64,000 nucleotides of DNA, taken from Veleropilina oligotropha. Lineage: Eukaryota. Within the stretch, counting starts at the first letter, position 1. Every line of letters begins with the position of its first letter. The notes under the pieces were generated by a model, which worked only from the letters and a program-made list of their open reading frames with translations, had not been told where the DNA came from and did no database searches. The stretch spans positions 930,001 to 994,000 of the forward strand of contig JBEUKZ010000010.1 in NCBI GenBank assembly GCA_048128005.1, given 5' to 3'. Position numbers and translations under genes: made by a program. Of the stretch, positions 63,100 to 64,000 are shown piece by piece.

Positions 63100-63380
63100 T
63101 CTATTAGTTTTAGGCGTTAGAATAGCCACGCCAGAGCAGGGGTTTAAACCAACATCCTACCATCCCACTTATCGTTTTTTCTATGCTCTACCAGTGTCAT
63201 ATTATGCAGAGCCGTTAATCTGTGGATTTAAAACACAGAGATGCACATCATTGTACTGCACATGCTTCTAGAACAACATTGAATACTTTCTTGGATGTGC
63301 CTGCCATCAAACTTGTCGTAAGCCCCCAAAACCCCATTATATATTGCTGATGCAGATGATGATGAATCAACGGACATGAA
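63100..63380 (+). pseudogene. Cys-rich C-terminal remnant of the same Academ-like transposase
   Basis: LICGFKTQRCTSLYCTCF*NNIEYFLGCACHQTCRKP followed by an acidic tail. Confidence 0.5.
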
Positions 63381-63854
63381 CTATAGAAAGATCAGTGATT
63401 GTAGACTTGCGTGCTCATAACATTCTGGACGTACATGTATTTTTGTCCACCGCCTTTTAATTGCACTGCTCTGTTCATGATAGTCCATGATGAACCCGTC
63501 TGTCTAACGTACATGATGCCGTAGAACATCATTATATATAAATTTACTATGTTAAATAATCAATAACAAGATGGCTGTACTATATTTTAGGTGGGGACGG
63601 TCTTCATAATTGACGTTCACCATCATAACGTTTATTCATGATCAAAATCAAAGGGAGATAACTCAGATTTACCCAGCTGGAAATGTACTATCGAGTGGCA
63701 TAGTGCCCCCCTTAGACAACCGTGTTGTGATTATTAAGGTAGATTCATACAATTATATTTAACACAATGAACATAACATGAGGTTTTAATGTAAACCTAA
63801 TATTAGTATAAAACATACTTACGTCCTTACTCTTGCCATAATAGTTATATTATC

Positions 63855-63980
63855 GCCAAACCGGAAATAGTGAATATGTCCCATAATGCACTCTTAACAA
63901 GTCAAAAACGTACACGGTTACCTCCCCTGCTCCTCCCCCATCACGTTCCTAGCGAGACTTCGCCAAGTCTCGCGAGACTT
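63855..63980 (-). promoter_or_regulatory. Putative housekeeping-type promoter / first-exon region
   Basis: 16-bp palindrome AAGTCTCGCGAGACTT (63965-63980) containing TCTCGCGAGA, an ETS-like CCGGAA (63861), and two ATG-containing mini-exon candidates with GT donors on the minus strand. Confidence 0.35.
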
Positions 63981-64000
63981 CTGAACAATAGAAGTCATAA

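Noticed and set aside
63823..63839. MARVRT as the start of ribosomal protein S17 (MGRVRT)
   Set aside because: I saw no downstream RPS17 exons in the window, and a six-residue match is insufficient.

Overview
This window is AT-rich eukaryotic genomic DNA from an animal, probably a marine invertebrate. It has spliceosomal introns and is dominated by transposable elements and tandem repeats. No prokaryotic operons or CRISPR arrays are present. The one host gene I can reconstruct is a minus-strand 5-hydroxyisourate hydrolase (HIUase/urah, transthyretin family): coding exons 42565-42698, 36428-36560 and 35373-35462 give an intact 116-aa protein ending in YRGS. Its ~6 kb intron holds a LINE remnant and a near-complete Ginger2/KRBA2-type integrase transposon (37944-42056; TGT..ACA TIRs; TATA TSD; one nonsense codon), which carries a nested Helitron-type element, which in turn carries a hairpin-ended element. 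Other notable elements are an internally deleted Crypton-like tyrosine-recombinase element with a long terminal palindrome, a 5S-rRNA-derived SINE with a 15-bp TSD, a Ginger-type MITE with a CCGG TSD and a neighbouring empty site, a 70 x 49-bp satellite built from the terminus of a Helentron/HINE-like element, several HINE-like families with ~150-bp internal repeats, a decayed Academ transposase interrupted by a non-autonomous Academ element, and CR1/L2/RTE-type LINE fossils. A probable signal-peptide exon of a second minus-strand gene lies at 2965-3028. All family assignments come from motif recognition by eye; no database search was run. I found interesting TE biology but no firm evidence of a wholly new system.
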